From Octopus vulgaris (Eukaryota): a stretch of DNA of 64,000 nt. Both the position numbers and the translations under genes were made by a program. The notes beneath the pieces are model-generated. The model saw nothing but the letters and a program-made list of their open reading frames with translations. It was not told where the DNA came from and searched no databases. Of the stretch, positions 23,421 through 34,760 are shown one piece after another (position 1 is the stretch's first letter; every line of letters starts with the position of its first letter). The stretch spans positions 45,198,001 to 45,262,000 of the forward strand of contig OX597820.1 of the NCBI GenBank assembly GCA_951406725.2, in the 5' to 3' direction.

Positions 23421-24036
23421 CATAATGGCGAGTAATGGTGTCCACATATTTACATACTTTAATTTAGTTCTCAAACCTTCAACCTCAATCAATGGATTTT
23501 TTTCTTCAACTACTGTTACACTACTACAGCTACTGTGAAGATGGACTTCTCTACCATCAAATTTATGTAAGTTTGTCTTGCCATTTTGTTTGTCTTCTTT
23601 AAAAAACAACAACACTATATAGAAATGAATATTTATGCGTCTTTGTGAATTATGTATGTATTTATGCCTGTTATTATATGTGGTGTTTTTGTTGCCTGTT
23701 TTTCTTTGTGTGTGTGTGTTTAATTATTAATATGTATGTATTTATGCATACCTCTGTGTGTGTGTGTGTTTCTTGTTTACTGGGTTTTGTATGTGTGTTT
23801 ATCTCTGTGTGTATTGTTAAATATTTCCTGGTTCTTTAAGTGCATATATGTCTGTTGTTATATATATGTATATATATAGTGTCCTGTACCCATATATGTA
23901 TGTATATATACGTATAGATGTAGGTATGTACATATATGTATATATATATGCATATGTTTATATATTATTTTGTTATTATATATATATATATATATATATT
24001 TATGTATATATATATGTGTGTGTATATGCATATATA

Positions 24037-24426
24037 TCTTTTACTTGTTTCAGTCATTTGACTGTGGCCATGCTGGAGCACCGCCTTTAGTCAAGCAAAT
24101 CGACCCCGGGACTTACTCTTTGTAAGCCCAGTACTTATTCTATCGGTCTCTTTTGCTGAACCGCTAAGTTACGGGGACGTAAACACACCAGCATCGGTTG
24201 TCAAGCAATGCTAGGGGGACAAACACAGACACGCAAACACACACATACATATATATACATATATACAACAGGCTTCTTTCAGTTTCCATCTACCAAATCC
24301 ACTCACAAGGCATTGGTCGGCCCGGGGCTATAGCAAAAGACATTTGCCCAAGATGCCACGCAGTGGGACTGAACCCGGAACCATGTGGTTGGTTAGCAAG
24401 CTACTTATCACACAGCCACTCCTGCG

Positions 24427-24429
<3 letters not shown>
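24037..24429 (-). mobile_element. tRNA-derived SINE (family B, aggagtggctgtgtggtaag head, internal microsatellite)
   Basis: Near-identical to 27205-27586 and 60553-60970. Confidence 0.9.
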
Positions 24430-24461
<32 letters not shown>

Positions 24462-24525
24462 TGTGTATATATATATATATATATATGTATATATGCATAT
24501 ATATGTTTGTATATATGTATGTATA

Positions 24526-24651
24526 CAGGGTGTCCACAAAGTCTGGATACATGGAGTAAATAAATCATAACATAAAGAATTGAATATAAGAAATAATAAT
24601 TTCTTAAAATATGTGTTAATCCCCATGTACCCAGACTTTGTGGACACCCTG
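24526..24651. mobile_element. Tc1/mariner MITE, 126 bp
   Basis: TA-flanked TIRs CAGGGTGTCCACAAAGTCTGG. Confidence 0.9.
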
Positions 24652-25007
24652 TATATGTAGATATATGTATATATATATGTGTGTATGTGTATATATATAA
24701 ATATGTATACACACACACATGTATACATGCTCACACATGCATGAGGACATACACATGCACACACACGCACACACACACATGCACACACACACACACGCAC
24801 ACACATACACAAGTATTATATATGTCCATTGCATATATGTGGTTGTGTGATAAGAAGTTTGCACCGCAACCACATGGCCCTGGGTACAGTTCCACTGTGT
24901 GTCCTTAGGCAAGCATCTACAACCATAGCTTCAGACCAACCAAAGCTTTGTGAGTGGATTTAGGAAGTGGAAACTAAAAGAAGCCAAGCCCATCTTATGA
25001 ATATATA

Positions 25008-25410
25008 GGAGTGGCTGTGTGGTAAGTAGCTTGCTTACCAACCACATGGTTCTGGGTTCAGTCCCACTGTATGGCACCTTGGGCAAGTGTCTTCTACTAT
25101 AGCCTCGGGCCAACCAAAGCCTTGTGAGTGGATTTGGTAGACAGAAACTGAAAGAAGCCTGGCATATATATGTATATATATATATCTGTATGTGTATATG
25201 TTTGTGTGTCTGTGTTTGTCCCCCCAACATTGCTTGATAACTGATGCTGGTGTGTTTATGTCCCCATAACTTAGCAGTTCGGCAAAAGAGACCGATAGAA
25301 TAAGTACTAGGCTTACGAAGAATAAGTCCTGGGGTCGATTTGCTCTACTAAAGGCTGTGCTCCAACATGACAACAGTCAAATGACTGAAACAAGTAAAAG
25401 AGTAAAAAGA
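25008..25410 (+). mobile_element. tRNA-derived SINE (family B)
   Basis: Full head and tail; a truncated tandem copy lies upstream at ~24835-24990. Confidence 0.9.
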
Positions 25411-25413
25411 ATA

Positions 25414-25459
<46 letters not shown>

Positions 25460-25654
25460 TGTATATGTAAATGTGGAATGATGAAATGAGTGCTCAACAT
25501 CACATTGGTGTATATATAATTTCTTTATTTGTGAATTAAGGCTATCATTGGTTTCATGTTAAGAAAAGTAGGAAAATATCCTAGTGTCTTAACAATTTTT
25601 CAAGCTGATCACATGCAGAAAAGCATGCACTTCCATTTTAGAATACATATATAC

Positions 25655-26377
25655 AGGGTGTCCCCCCAAAATTTATATACACTTTAAATAATTGTAAAGT
25701 AGGTGCTTTTTAAAATACATTTCATTTTCAAAATTTAGTAGAATCTACACAAATTATTTTACTGTTTTGTCAATGCTTGCTTTCAAGCCGACATCTGTTT
25801 TGGCGTAAGCACTGCTGACAACGCAAAGCAATGGAATTTCAAACATCACGAAACAATTCGTTGGTATTTGTGTGCATTCTTGTTCAATGGCTGCTTTCAA
25901 ATCAGCGACTGTTGTAGGTTTCATAGTGTAGACTTTGTCTTTTAGGTATCCCCATATAAAAAAGTTTAGTGGTGTGAGGTCTGGTGAATGTGGAGAGTAT
26001 TCAATGAAATCCCTTCATCCAATCCACCTGTTTGGCAAGATTTCATCAAGGAAGGATCTAACATCACAACGGTAGTGTGTGTGTGTGTGTGTGTGGGGGG
26101 TGGGGGTGTCCCATTTTGCTGAAAAGAAAAATCCTCATTTTCAATGTCTTCTTTAATGCTTGGTATGACAGACTATTGCAGCAAGTTCAAGTAAACAGGA
26201 CCAGTCACAGTAGCAACAAAAAAGAATGGTACAATTAATCATCTAGATGATAAGCCACACCACACTGTAGCTCCTGGTAAATTAACATGGTGCTCCACCA
26301 TAACATGCGGATTCTCAGATCCCCAGTAGGTACAGTAAAATGACTGAAACAAGTAAAAGAGTAAAGAGTATATATAA

Positions 26378-26435
<58 letters not shown>

Positions 26436-27160
26436 TATATACATATATATACACACACATATATATATACACAGAAGATTACAATCCCAGAGCCTAAATC
26501 AGTGAGGGGCCTGGGTATTGACATGAGTGACGGTACCTCTTTCCAAGTGCACATTACCAGGATGGTGACAAAGTGCAGACGACTGGCTGGCTGGATCCTG
26601 AGAATGTTCAGAACCTGAGAGAAGGTAACCATGATGGTTCTCTGGAGGACATTTGAACCATTTAATTTGAACGTGGCCTCATCATCCCACACAAATCTTT
26701 GTTGGAAAGTGTGCATCTTCTACACATCGTGCCAAGTACCACTCACAATACTGCACTCTTCGGTCTGGATCATCGCCATTAATAACATGGATTAATCTTG
26801 GAACATAACTTTTCCATTGTCAGTGCTTCAAAATGCGTTGGACAGATGATGATTTTTAAATACCTACCTTATCTTTCTCTCACTTGCCACACAGATTTTC
26901 TTGGACTTTTGTGATACATTCTTGCTCTGTGGAGGTTGTTGATATCCATGGTCTTCCAGAACACTTCTCATGGACATTCTGAACAGTTCCATCAGCTTTA
27001 AAATTAACAGTAATTCGGGTGATGGGAAGTCACATTGGTGGATCTGTTTGAAACTCCCTCCTAAACTGTCTTTGCATTTCAACTGCATTTTCATACTTCC
27101 AGTAGCATTTTAGAACGAATTTCCTTTGTTCAAAGCTTAATCTGACTGCCATCATTAATT
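25655..27160 (-). mobile_element. maT/DD37D-type Tc1-mariner pseudogene, interrupted at ~26330-26650
   Basis: TA-CAGGGTGTCCC terminus; [26 protein letters not shown] and SPDLTPLNFFIWGYLKDKVY motifs, with stops. Confidence 0.88.
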
Positions 27161-27162
27161 TA

Positions 27163-27204
<42 letters not shown>

Positions 27205-27206
<2 letters not shown>

Positions 27207-27585
27207 CCGCAGGAGTGGCTGTGTGGTAAGTAGCTTGCTAACCAACCACATGGTTCCGGGTTCAGTCCCACTGCATGGCATCTTGGGCAAGTGTCTTCTG
27301 CTATAGCCTCAGGCCGACCAAAGCCTTGTGAGTGGATTTGGTAGACGGAAACTGAAAGAAGCCTGTCGTATATATGTATATGTATGTGTATGTATATGTT
27401 TGTGTGTCTGTGTTTGTCCCTCTAGCATTGCTTGACAACCGATTCTGGTGTGTTTACGTCCCCGTAACTTAGCGGTTCGGCAAAAGAGACCGATAGAATA
27501 AGTACCGGGGTCGATTTGCTTGACTAAAGGTGGTGCTTCAGCATGGCCACAGTCAAAATGACTGAAACAAGTAAAAGAGTAAAGA

Positions 27586-27586
<1 letters not shown>
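27205..27586 (+). mobile_element. tRNA-derived SINE (family B) inserted in (TA)n
   Basis: Full-length family match. Confidence 0.9.
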
Positions 27587-27623
<37 letters not shown>

Positions 27624-27642
27624 AAAAAAAGCCCCTGTATGG

Positions 27643-27698
27643 TAAAGCTGGGTATCTCTGTTAATATATATATATATTAACAGAGATACCTAGCTTTA
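27643..27698. repeat. 56-bp palindrome
   Basis: taaagctgggtatctctgttaatatata|tatatattaacagagatacctagcttta, one mismatch. Confidence 0.9.
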
Positions 27699-29284
27699 GA
27701 CTTTTCCTTTATATTTTCTCTAATGAACTGGAATACCTATGATTTGAATTTCATCAAAATTGCAGATTAAGAATTTTAATGAGGATTCTTTCCCTCTTTT
27801 CATACCCTAACAAAAATTCTAATCATGACATATTTATCCGATACTACTCATCTTTATACCCAGATTCCAAAATCCAAATCTTATGAAACCTATTCAAAGG
27901 TTTTCGTTTCTGAAAAATGGAGAACATGGAGCTCTAAAATGTATGAGTTATGGCCCCTATTGTGGGGTGGGGTTCTTAAAGTCGACCAGAGAAGTTGAAC
28001 TGTTGGGAATCTTTTTTAACTTGGGTCTTATATCTATTGTTCAAATTTCTTTGAAATTGGAAATATATGAATGTTCACTGGGTTTGTAAAAGGGAGCAAA
28101 GCTACAGGAAACCAAAAGACAAATGATCACAATAAGCAGTCACCACACCCCAATGTAGGATTCCTTACCAAACAGGTGACGGGTACAGCTGCAAGATGCA
28201 TTACGGATCTGTAGCAGTTGGAAGGGCATGACCCAACTCAAATAAACATTAACAAGTGTGTGACATGAGGGCTAAGGGGAAATGAAAGTATCACCTCTGG
28301 AGTTAGCCAATGAATAAATTTGCAATCTATAAATTTCTTTGAATGACCAGTCACTTATATGGGAAGGCCTTGAAATCAATGCTACCATCTGGGGACTATC
28401 TCTGACTCAGTGATAATAAAAAGACTCAAAGGAAGTTTGCAACCAAATAACTTTACTCAAAATAACACTTTGCAACTGAATCAGTGGAGGCAAAGATACC
28501 TCTCCATTACTTGACAATTTATGCACCACATTGCAGAAATCACAATCTAAGTATATCTCAAAGCAAACTCTTACAGTGTAATACCATTGAATTACAAATA
28601 ATGTTCATCTTGTACATTCGGGTGACTCTACAGCTTTCAATAGTATTCATCTTGGCTTAGGAAAAATGACTAAATTGTGGAGATTAAGCCCCCATTAAGG
28701 TGTCTTACTAACTCCTAAGAAGTTGAAATTTTAGAAATATTGCTTCATTTTTATCTAATATCTATGGTTAAAATTTCATCAACAGCAAAAATATATGAAT
28801 TTTCATGGGGGTTATGGCCTCATTTATGCCCCTTCACTTTCAAACATATAATTCATTACATCTGCCCTTATGCATAGAATGTAATTTCCAAATTTCATGA
28901 AGATCCATTCAGTACTTTTGACCTAGTTTCTTATTTATTTCATCTTTGTCTATTGTCTTAAATCACATCTATTCACTTTCGTATTGTTTTGTTTTGTTCA
29001 CTCTGTATTGTTTTGTTTTGTTTTGTTTGCTCTTGGTCCTATATTCTCCGCAACTTTTGCGGGCACCACCAGCATGGGGAGTTCTCAGTCTTATCATTAA
29101 TGAAGTATTACCATTTGGTTGATAACTGATGAAGAATTAGGAACCTTCTGTGTCTGTCTCCTGTCCGGTTGTACACTCAGTATACATTACGTCATTTGTG
29201 TATTTACCATACATATTTTCATTTTTCTCCGTTAGCTCCTACATGCATTTTTTTCTCTCCTTGTTTCTCTCCTTGTTTCTTTTC

Positions 29285-29542
29285 TGTGTATCTTTCTGTC
29301 GAAGAGCGTAGGCTCGAAACGTTAAAGACTTGTTCCATTTCTATTCCTGAACGCCATACTAATACATTTGTTTGTTTGTACTCCACCTGCCTTCGTCTTT
29401 TGTTTATTTTCGTAAACCTTCTCGTTATATATATAGGCAGGTGGAGTACAAACAAACAAATGTATTAGTATGGCGCTCAGGAATAGAAATGGAACAAGTC
29501 TTTAACGTTTCGAGCCTACGCTCTTCGACAGAAAGATACACA
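29285..29542. mobile_element. Penelope-like terminal repeat forming a 108-bp inverted repeat; each arm contains a minimal hammerhead motif
   Basis: Arms 29285-29392 and 29435-29542 differ at one base. Confidence 0.8.
29291..29328 (+). ncRNA. Minimal type I hammerhead ribozyme variant (second copy on minus strand at 29499-29536)
   Basis: tcttt-CTGTCGA-a-gagc-gtag-gctc-GAAAC-GTT-aaaga; palindromic ACGT stem III; A6 replaced by U. Confidence 0.7.
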
Positions 29543-29855
29543 AGCTTACGATCGTGAGGTTGTGAGCTCGAATCCCGGACCGGGCTGCGTGTTGTGTTCT
29601 TGAGCAAGACACTTTATTTCACGTTGCTCCAGTTCACTCAGCTGTAGAAATGAGTTGCGACGTCACTGGTGCCAAGCTGTATCAACCTTTGTCTTTCCCT
29701 TGGATAACACTGGTGGCGTGGAGAGGGGAGGCTGGTATGCATGGGCGACTGCTGGTCTTCCATAAACAACCTTGCCCGGACTTGTGTCTAGGAGGGTAAC
29801 TTTCTAGGTGCAAACCCATGGTCATTCATGACCGAAGGGGGTCTTTTACCCCTTT
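29543..29855 (+). mobile_element. 5'-truncated tRNA-derived SINE (family A)
   Basis: Near-identical to 38180-38475. Confidence 0.9.
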
Positions 29856-30486
29856 TTATATATATATATATATATATATCTTATATAAAATCTGTTCTGT
29901 CTGTCTGTGTGTTTGTGTGTCTTCTCAGGTCTCCAGTATCCTCCATCCGATTGCGCTCATATTTGACATGTAGATACCGACGGTATCAGGGCGTGTATAA
30001 GTCTTGAAAAAATTACAAAAAATCGATTCCAGGTGAGAATGCAATCGATGAAGCCGTTTTTGTCTTGCTTTTCTTCCGTCAACCTGTACATAACTGCACC
30101 TTCCATTTTTTATTGTTTTTGTACTGCTTAAAGGCACATTTCTTTCCTGCCAAGCTTACTGTTTAAACCATGTTTGTGTTCTCCCAGTCAATAGTCTTAT
30201 CATTCCTTGTACTATAAACACTTCGGTTGCATATTTGTGTGAATAAAATCGTTTCTCTTTGGAATAGAAAAAAGTCTATCTTTATTTCTTCTTTTGCTGG
30301 TGTCTCAAATTTAGGTTAAATCAGTGTTTCTCAAAGGGGAGGCCTATGGGACGGTCGGGCAAGTTGTTTTGAGAAAATTTGGTTTAAATGTTTGACAACT
30401 CAGCACCGTCCATTGGACGGGGGGGGGGCGTTTTGCTCGTATATCTATATTATATATATATAAATATTCATAGACACACACACACA

Positions 30487-31283
30487 CGCACACCTCTGGT
30501 TACGTAGTTTCGACTTACGTCATTTCCGAAGATACGTCGGTCTTTCTAGAATATTAAATAAATATCAAATACAGTATTAATTTACGTTGCCTGGCAAAAC
30601 AGCAATAACGTTCATACCATACTGTACTGTTAGTTCCGGGTTGTATCGATTGGTTACCTTCGTATTCGTCTCCGGAAAATAAATAAAGCAATAGAAACAT
30701 AAATAACCTGTATAGCGTATTAAAATTAATGTTAAAATACAGTAGGCATCATTGATCTCGAGCCTCGTCGTTTTACGTTGAAGAAAATGTAAGATTTAGA
30801 TAAATGTCTTCCTTTATTTGAGGAAATGGATCCCAATGCACACCGTTTTTATAAAAATATTGAGGGGCTTGTCTAGATACTATTTCACCTTATTACCTAA
30901 TCCTTGAAGAGAAGAAGAAAAAGACAATTCAAGGAACTTTAGACAAGTTCGTACAACGATCTACACCATCACAACAGGAGTCAGCTGACGATCCTCAACC
31001 ATCGACATCTAGTGTGTAATTTCTTCTTCCTCTACACCAGCCTCAACGGGTAACACCGACGTCAGCCATGAGGTAGCCAACAGTACAGTATTTGAAGTGA
31101 TTTCTTTCTAATATAAAAGCAGCCTAGGCTTGCCTAACAATTTACCGAATTCGTTGACTAACATAAAATCAACCTAGACTAGCCTAAGTTTTAATTATTA
31201 CTTGTATATACATTTAAATAATGGTTATTTCGACTTAGGTTGTGTCCTCTGTAACTAATTAACGACGTAAGGTGAGGTATGAT

Positions 31284-31285
<2 letters not shown>
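30487..31285 (+). mobile_element. pogo/Tigger deletion derivative
   Basis: Imperfect TIRs (acctc..ttacgt). Remnant FEEMDPN...ILEEKKKKTIQGTLDKF...PQPSTS resembles the Tigger transposase C-terminus. Confidence 0.75.
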
Positions 31286-31350
<65 letters not shown>

Positions 31351-31359
31351 GTCTGTCTA

Positions 31360-31405
<46 letters not shown>

Positions 31406-31422
31406 ATATAGGTAATATATAT

Positions 31423-31865
31423 ATATATGCATGTAAACATACATATACGCACATACTTGCATGTATACGTATATACATATGCATATGTGGGCACAGGACG
31501 TCACAAAATGTAAACAAGAAGAAATACAAAGTACGAGGGCATGGAATATGTAACAAATGGAAAACAAGACAAACAACACAGAGAACCACTCTTCATCAGA
31601 TGTCGGCTGTTTTTCTAATCCGTATATTCTCTTATTCTCTTATATGTTTCAGTCCAATGACTGTGGCCATCCTGGAGCACCGCCATTGTAATCATCTTTC
31701 CACTTTCCACCTTTGTCGGATATATATATATATATATATATTCCATGTTCTCGTACTTCCGTATTTTTTGTTGTTTACGTTTTGTGACGTCTTGTGCCCG
31801 TATACGTTTATGTATATACGTATACATGTAAGTATGTACGTATAGCTATGTATATATGCATATAT
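31423..31865. repeat. Diverged ~125-bp inverted repeat (31423-31549 vs 31738-31865)
   Basis: gggcacaggacgtcacaaaatgtaaacaa versus ttgtttacgttttgtgacgtcttgtgccc. Confidence 0.8.
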
Positions 31866-31915
31866 ATTATTTATATTATTATATGATTGAACAACACGCA
31901 TCCTTTTCCAAGTAA

Positions 31916-31967
<52 letters not shown>

Positions 31968-32134
31968 AAATGAGAAAATGGAGAAACATACTTAAATCAA
32001 TCAATCATCAACCATCAGATAATACCCAATCAATACTTTATTAAACCATTACATAACAGCAATGACATTATACATAATATATTGTAAATATAACTAGACA
32101 TGGAAATAGAAATATAAAATACAATTACATCATA

Positions 32135-32245
32135 TCTGACAGCTGTTTCGGCCGTGAGGACAAGTATGTCTCATTTAACCTATTAGCCATATAAAGCAGG
32201 TATAAATGAGACATTAACAAGGATGTCTCACGGCCTCTTCAGAGA
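32135..32245 (-). ncRNA. Type I hammerhead ribozyme with perfect catalytic core and long stem II
   Basis: tct-CTGAAGA-ggccgtgag[~68 nt containing atgtctcattta/taaatgagacat]ctcacggcc-GAAAC-agct-GTC-aga. Confidence 0.85.
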
Positions 32246-32549
32246 ATTTAATATAAGTGTGAAAAAAATTTACATATAAATATAAAAATATAAAATATAA
32301 AAATGTGTGCATAGACACTCATAATTCTACACATATATATATACACAATACAATAATACAATATAAACAAAATATATCAGTATACATTAACAAACACAGT
32401 TATTTTCCATATTGGACTCCTAGTTCCATAACTAACATCAAGGAAATACATGTACACTCACATTTAAATTTAAAGCAGACATAAAAAAAAAACAGTTCAG
32501 TTCCTTAAAATGTATAACCCTACAAAAAGTCAATAAAATTAATATTGAT

Positions 32550-32582
<33 letters not shown>

Positions 32583-32583
32583 T

Positions 32584-32614
<31 letters not shown>

Positions 32615-32645
32615 CCATGATTGTACCATGTACAGCAAGCGGACA

Positions 32646-33025
32646 TCTACATATCAATATATATATATATAAAGCTGAAGTTGTTATGTATGGCAGGTTT
32701 GGTAGCCTTCAACTAACACTATCTCTTCCGAGACCCTGCGGCACAAGTTGACCACAATTGAGAGTATGATAGAAGAAGGCTTGCTCTTCCTTCCGTAGAA
32801 GAAAAAGTTCAAATCGGACCGTGTTAACACCAAAAATTATTTACATCAAAAAGGTGCTTTTTTTTCTATGAAAATCCCTATTTTTTACGATTATTTGACT
32901 GCTGTGTTGCCATTTTTCGGTGTATTTCAACCAGAAAAATGTTCACTTAAAGAGAATAAACTTTTTCAAAAATCCAATTCTAAAGGGTCGAAACAAACCC
33001 GAGCAACGCCGGGCGATACTGCTAG
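32646..33025 (+). mobile_element. Non-autonomous Helitron
   Basis: a|TC start; cccgagcaacgccgggcgatactgCTAG|t end. Confidence 0.85.
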
Positions 33026-33559
33026 TATATATATATCGTTAGTAATTCATATATCCGAAAAAGAAACACTCTAAAACATTAGAGCGGTAATATATTTTTT
33101 AGGAAGTTGGTTGTTATGCCTAGCCAGAGAGTGACCATAACGATCAACTTCCTAATATACATATACACACGCATATATATGCACTGTATGTATGTATGTA
33201 TGTATGTATGTATGTATGTATGTATGTATGTATGTATGTATGTATGTATGAGAGAAAGAGAGCTAGATAGTCAGACATTCATATATATGTATGTATGCGT
33301 GGCACGTGCATTGAATAAGTAGGTAAGTAGGTGGAATTATCATCAATAAAATTGTCAGCAAACGGCTGTATCTCTGTGAGGCAACACGATTTCTCACGCT
33401 TACTTAAAGCATTAGGAAAGCATTTAGATTTCAATACCCGCTTCTTAATCATATACTTTCATTAGAAAAAGAAGACAACTTTGTTAAACAAAAGATTCCT
33501 TTTTTTCTAGTTTAGTTTTCTGGATCAAGCTATATAAATACCAGAAGGATATTTATATC

Positions 33560-34760
33560 TCTCAAATGCAGTATAGTTGCCGGGGAGGATGAAATTCAGC
33601 CCGAGATATTAAAAACTATAAATAGAGAAGTTATTCCCTGGCTAACTGGTGTATGCCAAGAGATCTGGATCTCTAGAAAGGCACCAAAGCAATGGTAATC
33701 AGAGACGGCAATGCAATTTTATTTTAAGGGGAGACAAAAGATGAACCTTTAAGCTTTGAGAAAAGCATTAGACTACTTAATGGCAGGTCAACCAGGTAAA
33801 ACAAATTTGACCTGGTGTATTCTATGTTAGGTGTCTTGAAAAATAGCTGGAGAGATATTGTCAAGCCCAAAGTGATGTCGGAACATTGTCGATCTCAAGC
33901 TAGTGCGGCATTCATCCTCGATGCTGCAGAGCTGGCCAGATCTTTACTCTATAGCAAGTCTCCGAAAGGTCATGGGAGTATTGTCAAGAGATGTACGCTT
34001 GCATTGTTGACCTTTTACAAAAATCATCCCGCAATACAAATTTGTGCTCATATTCTGAAATACCTCCGGGTACTAAAGTTTGGCGACGAGCCTGCTGCAG
34101 GACATGCTGTGGAGGTGTTTTTTTCCTTTTTTTTTTGCATAAGTTTGCAGTCGACTGGCAACTTCTCATTACCATGAACTCCCTGTACAAATGTCCTAAT
34201 GTTTTTTGATCGATTAAATTGTGCTAAGTTGAAACCTTTTAATGTAGGCGTTGGACTCAGTCAGGCGTGTATATTGTCGCTTCTCCATTTCACAAACTTT
34301 GTAAGCTGGATTGACATGAGCAGCCGTGGTGGAAGTGATATAAAAATGGCAGATGTACAATTAATCGGCTATTTGCAGATGACATGGTACTAATGATGAT
34401 GTTCTGCAGCACTCACTAAATAAGTTTGCTGTCGAGTGTTGTAAAGCAAGAACGAAAATCAGTTTTGCGAAGCCATTGATCATCTCGAGGACGCTTGCTC
34501 CGCATGCTTTGTATTTTAGTGGCGTCACACTGATGCAGGAGAAGTTTAAGTGTACCGGTATTGTTTTTTCGAGTGATGGAAGACAGGAGGTTGAATTGGA
34601 TGCAAGAATTGCTAGTGCTAGTGCAATTATACACCAGTTTCAGCCCTAGTTAATAAGGGAGGTAAGCTGAAACAGCAAAACTCGCTATTTTTAATTCTGC
34701 TTTTGTGCCTACTCTTACCTATGATTACGAATCTCGGCAGCGACCGAAAAGTGTATGATC
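33560..34760 (+). mobile_element. Highly degenerate LINE reverse-transcriptase remnant (RTE-like)
   Basis: AGEDEIQPEILK, FNVGVGLSQACILSLLHF and LFADD-like motifs, with many disruptions. Confidence 0.7.

Noticed and set aside
29120-29150. CTGATGAAG hammerhead half-motif (also minus strand ~31589-31599)
   Set aside because: No correctly placed GAAA and stems could be found by eye.
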